Shown piece by piece: positions 60,101 to 64,000 of a stretch of DNA of 64,000 nucleotides. The notes under the pieces are model-generated. The model saw nothing but the letters and a program-made list of their open reading frames with translations. It made no database searches and was not told where the DNA came from. Made by a program: the position numbers and the translations under genes. Position 1 is the stretch's first letter, and each line of letters opens with the position of its first letter. Origin of the DNA: Leucoraja ocellata (Eukaryota); NCBI GenBank assembly GCA_036785375.1, contig JAWMAR010000104.1:6262001-6326000 (forward strand), read 5' to 3'.

Positions 60101-61935
60101 TCCGCTTTAAAAATACCCAAAGACTTGGCCTTCACAGCTGTCTGTGGTTGGGTACAATGGTTAGCATGGACAGGATGGGCTGAAGGGCCAGTTCTGTGCC
60201 GTCTAGCTCTATAATCCTAAGAGTGACATTTGAATTCACCTTTCTTCATAACATGAAACTGATGCTTTCTCTGACTGGCGAATGTACTCACTTCCATAGG
60301 AACCCTCTAATCATTGACTCCATCTACACCACACTGCCTCGGCAAGGCCACCAGCATCATCAATCACCGGTCTCACTCCCTCTTCTCCCCTCTCCCATCA
60401 GGCAAGAGGTACATGTGTGAAAACACACATCTCCAGATTCAGGAACAGTTTCTTCCCAGCTGTTATCAAGCAACTGAACCATCCTATGACCAACTGGAGA
60501 ATGGTCCTGACCTCCCAGCTACCTCAATAGATACCTTGGACCAACTTTAATCTATACTGGACTTTATCCTGCACCAAATGCTATTCCATTTATCCTGTAT
60601 CTGTACACTGTAAATGGCATGATTCTAATCATGTATAGTCATTCCGCTGACTGGATAGCATGCAACGAAAAGCTTCTCACTGTACCTCAGTACATGTGAC
60701 TATACTAAATGAAATTAATCTAAACGTGTCTTTTCGCTGACTGGATAGTACATACCAAAAATCGTTTCACTGTACCTCGGTGTGCGTGACATAGCATCAT
60801 AGAGTCATAGAGACATGCAGCATGGAAACAGGGCGTTAGGCCCACCTTGCCCACACCAACCAACATGTCCCATCTACACCGGTCCCACCTGTCTGCATTT
60901 GGCCCATATCTCTCTAAACCTGTCCTAACCATGTACCTGTCCAAATGTTTCTTAAACGTTGCGATAGTGCCTGCCACAACCACCTCCTCCAGCTGCTCAT
61001 TCCATACACCACACTGTGAAAAAGCCACCCCTCAGACTCCTATAAAATCTTTTCCCCTTCATAAACCTATTCTCTGGTTCTCGATTTCCCTACTCCGGGC
61101 AGGAGACTCTGGGCATCGACCCGATCTATTCTTCTCGTGAATCTTGGACAACTCTATAAGATCACTCCTCATCCTCCTGCGCTCCAGGAAATAATGTCCT
61201 AGCCTCTCCCCCGTGTCCTGGCAATATCCTCAATAATCTTCTCTGCACCCTTTCCAACATCTTTCCTATAACATGGTGCCCAGAACTGAACACAATACTT
61301 TAAATGCTGTTTTATAATAAACTAAACTAAACTAGTCTTTCCGCTGACTGGATAGCACGTAACAAAAACATTTTTCACTGTACCTCGGTACACGTGACAA
61401 TAAACTAAAATAAGACAAACTAGCTGTCCTCAAATGCATTGTGCATCCATGGTTCGGAGAGGGAGTCTGAGGCTCCGTCTCATTGACACTAATAATTTTT
61501 CTTCCGACTTCTTTCTGAAGTAGATGAGTCACTGATTAATTAAAAACTGTGATTTTGCTTTACATTCTTACAAGCCACAAGGTTAAACCTGTGACAATGC
61601 ACACACAGAAAAAAACCCTCACTGCATTACCATATAGTTGTGCAGCACTGGGATTAATAAAGGTATGAAATATAAAAGCCTGACAGCAGATTCCATGAAG
61701 CCTCCCCCTGGAATGAATCTCACAAAATATATTTGAGAACTTAACCACATTTCCAAAAAAATAGTTTCCATGGAAACAGGCCCTTCAGCCCACCGAGTCC
61801 ACGTCGACTATAGGTCCACTCCCTACCCACGAGGAGGCCATTTACAGAGGGTCTCTAGAGAGACCAGCTTCGCTGCGGCTTAATCAGCTTCGACCCTCCA
61901 TTAACTCTGATTAGCCATTGTAACTAACAGTTCAT

Positions 61936-62137
61936 TACAGATGCTCCCCGATTTACGATGTTTCCATTTACGATATTTCAACTTTACGATGGTGCAGATG
62001 CTGGGCAACGAGAGCGAGCCATACATCACTTCCGGGCACGTGATTACATTACATTAAATGCATCTTTGACTTATGATATTTTCGATTTACGATTGGTTTG
62101 TCGGAACGTAACCCCATCGTAGGCCGAGGAACAGCTG
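61936..62137. mobile_element. Tigger/pogo-like MITE
   Basis: TA-CAGATGCTCCCCGATTTACGATG ... CATCGTAGGCCGAGGAACAGCTG imperfect TIRs with internal TTTACGAT repeats. Confidence 0.55.
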
Positions 62138-62224
62138 AATTTCATTTGTACCTATTAACTGCTCATTTTGCGAAGCTCAGCGTGTAGAAACGTTGCCTCA
62201 TAGTGCCAAATACAGTGGTTCAAT

Positions 62225-62890
62225 GTGTTGTTTGTGCGGTTGTGTGTGTGCGTCTACGTATGTGCCTGTGTGTGTGTGTGTATTTGTGTGCGTGTGTGTT
62301 TGTGTGTGTGTCTATGTTTACGTCTGCACGTGCGGGTGTGTATGTGTACTTGTGTGCGTGTGTCTATGTTTATGTATGCACGTGCGTGTGTGTGTATGTA
62401 CAGGTGTGTGTGTGTGTGTATCCATGTTTATGTCTGCACGTGCGTGTGTGTGTGTGTACTGGTGTGCGTGTGTGTGTCCATGTTTATGTCTGCACGTGCG
62501 TATGTGTGTGTGTACTGGTGTGTGTGTGTGTGTGTCCATGTTTATGTATGCACGTGCGTGTGTGTGTGTGTACTGGTGTGCGTGTGTGTGTCCATGTTTA
62601 TGTCTGCACGTGCGTGTGTGTGTGTGTACTGGTGTGTGTGTGTGTGTGTCCATGTTTATGTCTGCACGTGCGTGTGTGTGTGTGTACTGGTGTGCGTGTG
62701 TGTGTCCATGTTTATGTCTGCACGTGCGTATGTGTGTGTGTACTGGTGTGTGTGTGTAGTAGAGAAAATGGGCGGAAGCGCCTGTTTTTTTTTACTCATT
62801 GAGATATTGTGTCTGCCTGTGTGTGCGTGTGCTTGTCTGTGTGCATGCGTTCATATGTGTGTGTGTGTGTGTGGGTGTATGTGTGCATTT
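62225..62890. repeat. TG-rich minisatellite, core 46-50-bp unit (CCATGTTTATGTCTGCACGTGCG(TG)nTACTGG(TG)n) at about 62310-62757
   Basis: About 9 visible units, flanked by degenerate (TG)n, lying inside a SINE. Confidence 0.95.
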
Positions 62891-63452
62891 GTGTGGAGTT
62901 TGCACTTCTCCCTGTGACCGCGTGGGTTTTTCCGGGTGCTTCAATTTCCTCCCACTTCTGTCAATTGCTGCCCAGTGTGAGAGTGAGGGGTAGAATCAGG
63001 GGGAGTTGGAGAATAGAATGGTATAAGAGTGAGAGAGAGAGAGAGAGAGCTGAACCATTCTATCCAAACAGTGAATTGTCCTGACCTCCCATCTACCTCA
63101 TTGGAGACCCCCCCTATCTTTAATCGGACTTTACTGGACTTTGCACTAAACATTACCCTGTATCTATACACTGTGGACGGCTCGATTGTAATCATGTATA
63201 GTCTTTCCGTCGACTGCATAGAACGCAACATAAACTCAACTCAACACCCAATCACAGCATGAAACTACACAAAGTGCTGGAGTAACTCCGCACCTCAGGC
63301 AGCAGCTCTGAAGTTGATCCGCTGAGTTACTCCAGCACGTTGTGTCCTTTTATGTAAACCAGCATCTGCAGTTCCTTGTTTCTACACAATCATTGCATGA
63401 GTTATGTCAACGATGTTCTCTCAATCAAGAGGCTGCACTTGGATACTGCAGT

Positions 63453-63486
63453 GTCTGAAGAAGGTTCTCGACCCGAAACGTCACCC
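63453..63486 (+). ncRNA. Penelope-associated minimal hammerhead-ribozyme-like motif (representative; other copies at about 1138-1165 +, 4847-4874 +, 4818-4845 -, 9056-9083 +, 31210-31237 +, 50590-50617 -)
   Basis: CTGAAGA-A-[GG(G/T)TCTCGACCC stem II]-GAAAC-GTC: hammerhead core CUGAnGA/GAAA/UH with a loopless palindromic ACGT helix III. Confidence 0.55.
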
Positions 63487-64000
63487 ATTCCTTCTGTCCA
63501 GAGAAGCTGCCTCACCTGCTGAGTTTCTCCTGCATTTTTGTCGACCTTCGATTTTTCCAGCATCTGCAGTTCTTTCTTAAACTGTGTGTTCAGGTTGGTT
63601 GTCCCCTGCTATAGGAGGGATGCCATTAAACTGGAAAGAGTGCAGTGAAGATTTACGGGGATGTTGCCAGGACTCGAGTGCCTGAGCTATAGGGTGAGGT
63701 TGAGCGGGCTGGTGAGTACTGCAGCGCGTACAGGCCCAGAGCCATTGAACGCTCATCAGACGTTAACCCAATCATTCCCATGTTGAGGTAGATACAGCAA
63801 CAAAGCGTGAAAGACACTTGGACAGGTACATGGATAGGACAGGTTTAGAGGGATATGGGCCAAAAGTGGGCAGGTGGGACTAGTTTCATCGCGGTGTAAC
63901 TCTAGCACTTGAGGTGACAAGCAGCAGACTCCCAGTCGGAAGAAGCTGTCCTGAACCAAAACATCACCCATTCATGTTCTCCAGAGATGCTGCCTGACCT

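Noticed and set aside
62193-62917. Long Cys/Val-rich ORFs (also His/Thr-rich ORFs at 31409-31800)
   Set aside because: Translations of TG/CA satellite lacking stop codons.

Overview
Repeat-dense vertebrate genomic DNA. The HE1/V-SINE, CR1, Rex1 and Penelope repeat content points to an elasmobranch, probably a skate or ray (inference). One host gene is clearly supported: a + strand, 10-exon CD74 (MHC class II invariant chain) from ATG 16703 to TAA 37749, about 338 aa after repair. It has a dileucine tail, transmembrane helix, CLIP, trimerisation domain, thyroglobulin type-1 domain and Ser-Gly GAG site. As assembled it carries two 1-nt deletions (exon 1 and exon 5), most likely long-read consensus errors. 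Notable points: (i) an extra frame-symmetric exon encoding a second CLIP-like peptide; (ii) five co-oriented MHC-II X1/X2(-Y) box modules from -15 kb to intron 1, two of them related by a local duplication; (iii) NF-kB/PU.1/Sp1 promoter sites and an intronic kB cluster; (iv) many Penelope-derived minimal hammerhead-ribozyme-like motifs; (v) nested young LINE insertions with readable TSDs. Two assembly gaps are present. All calls were made by eye; no searches were run.
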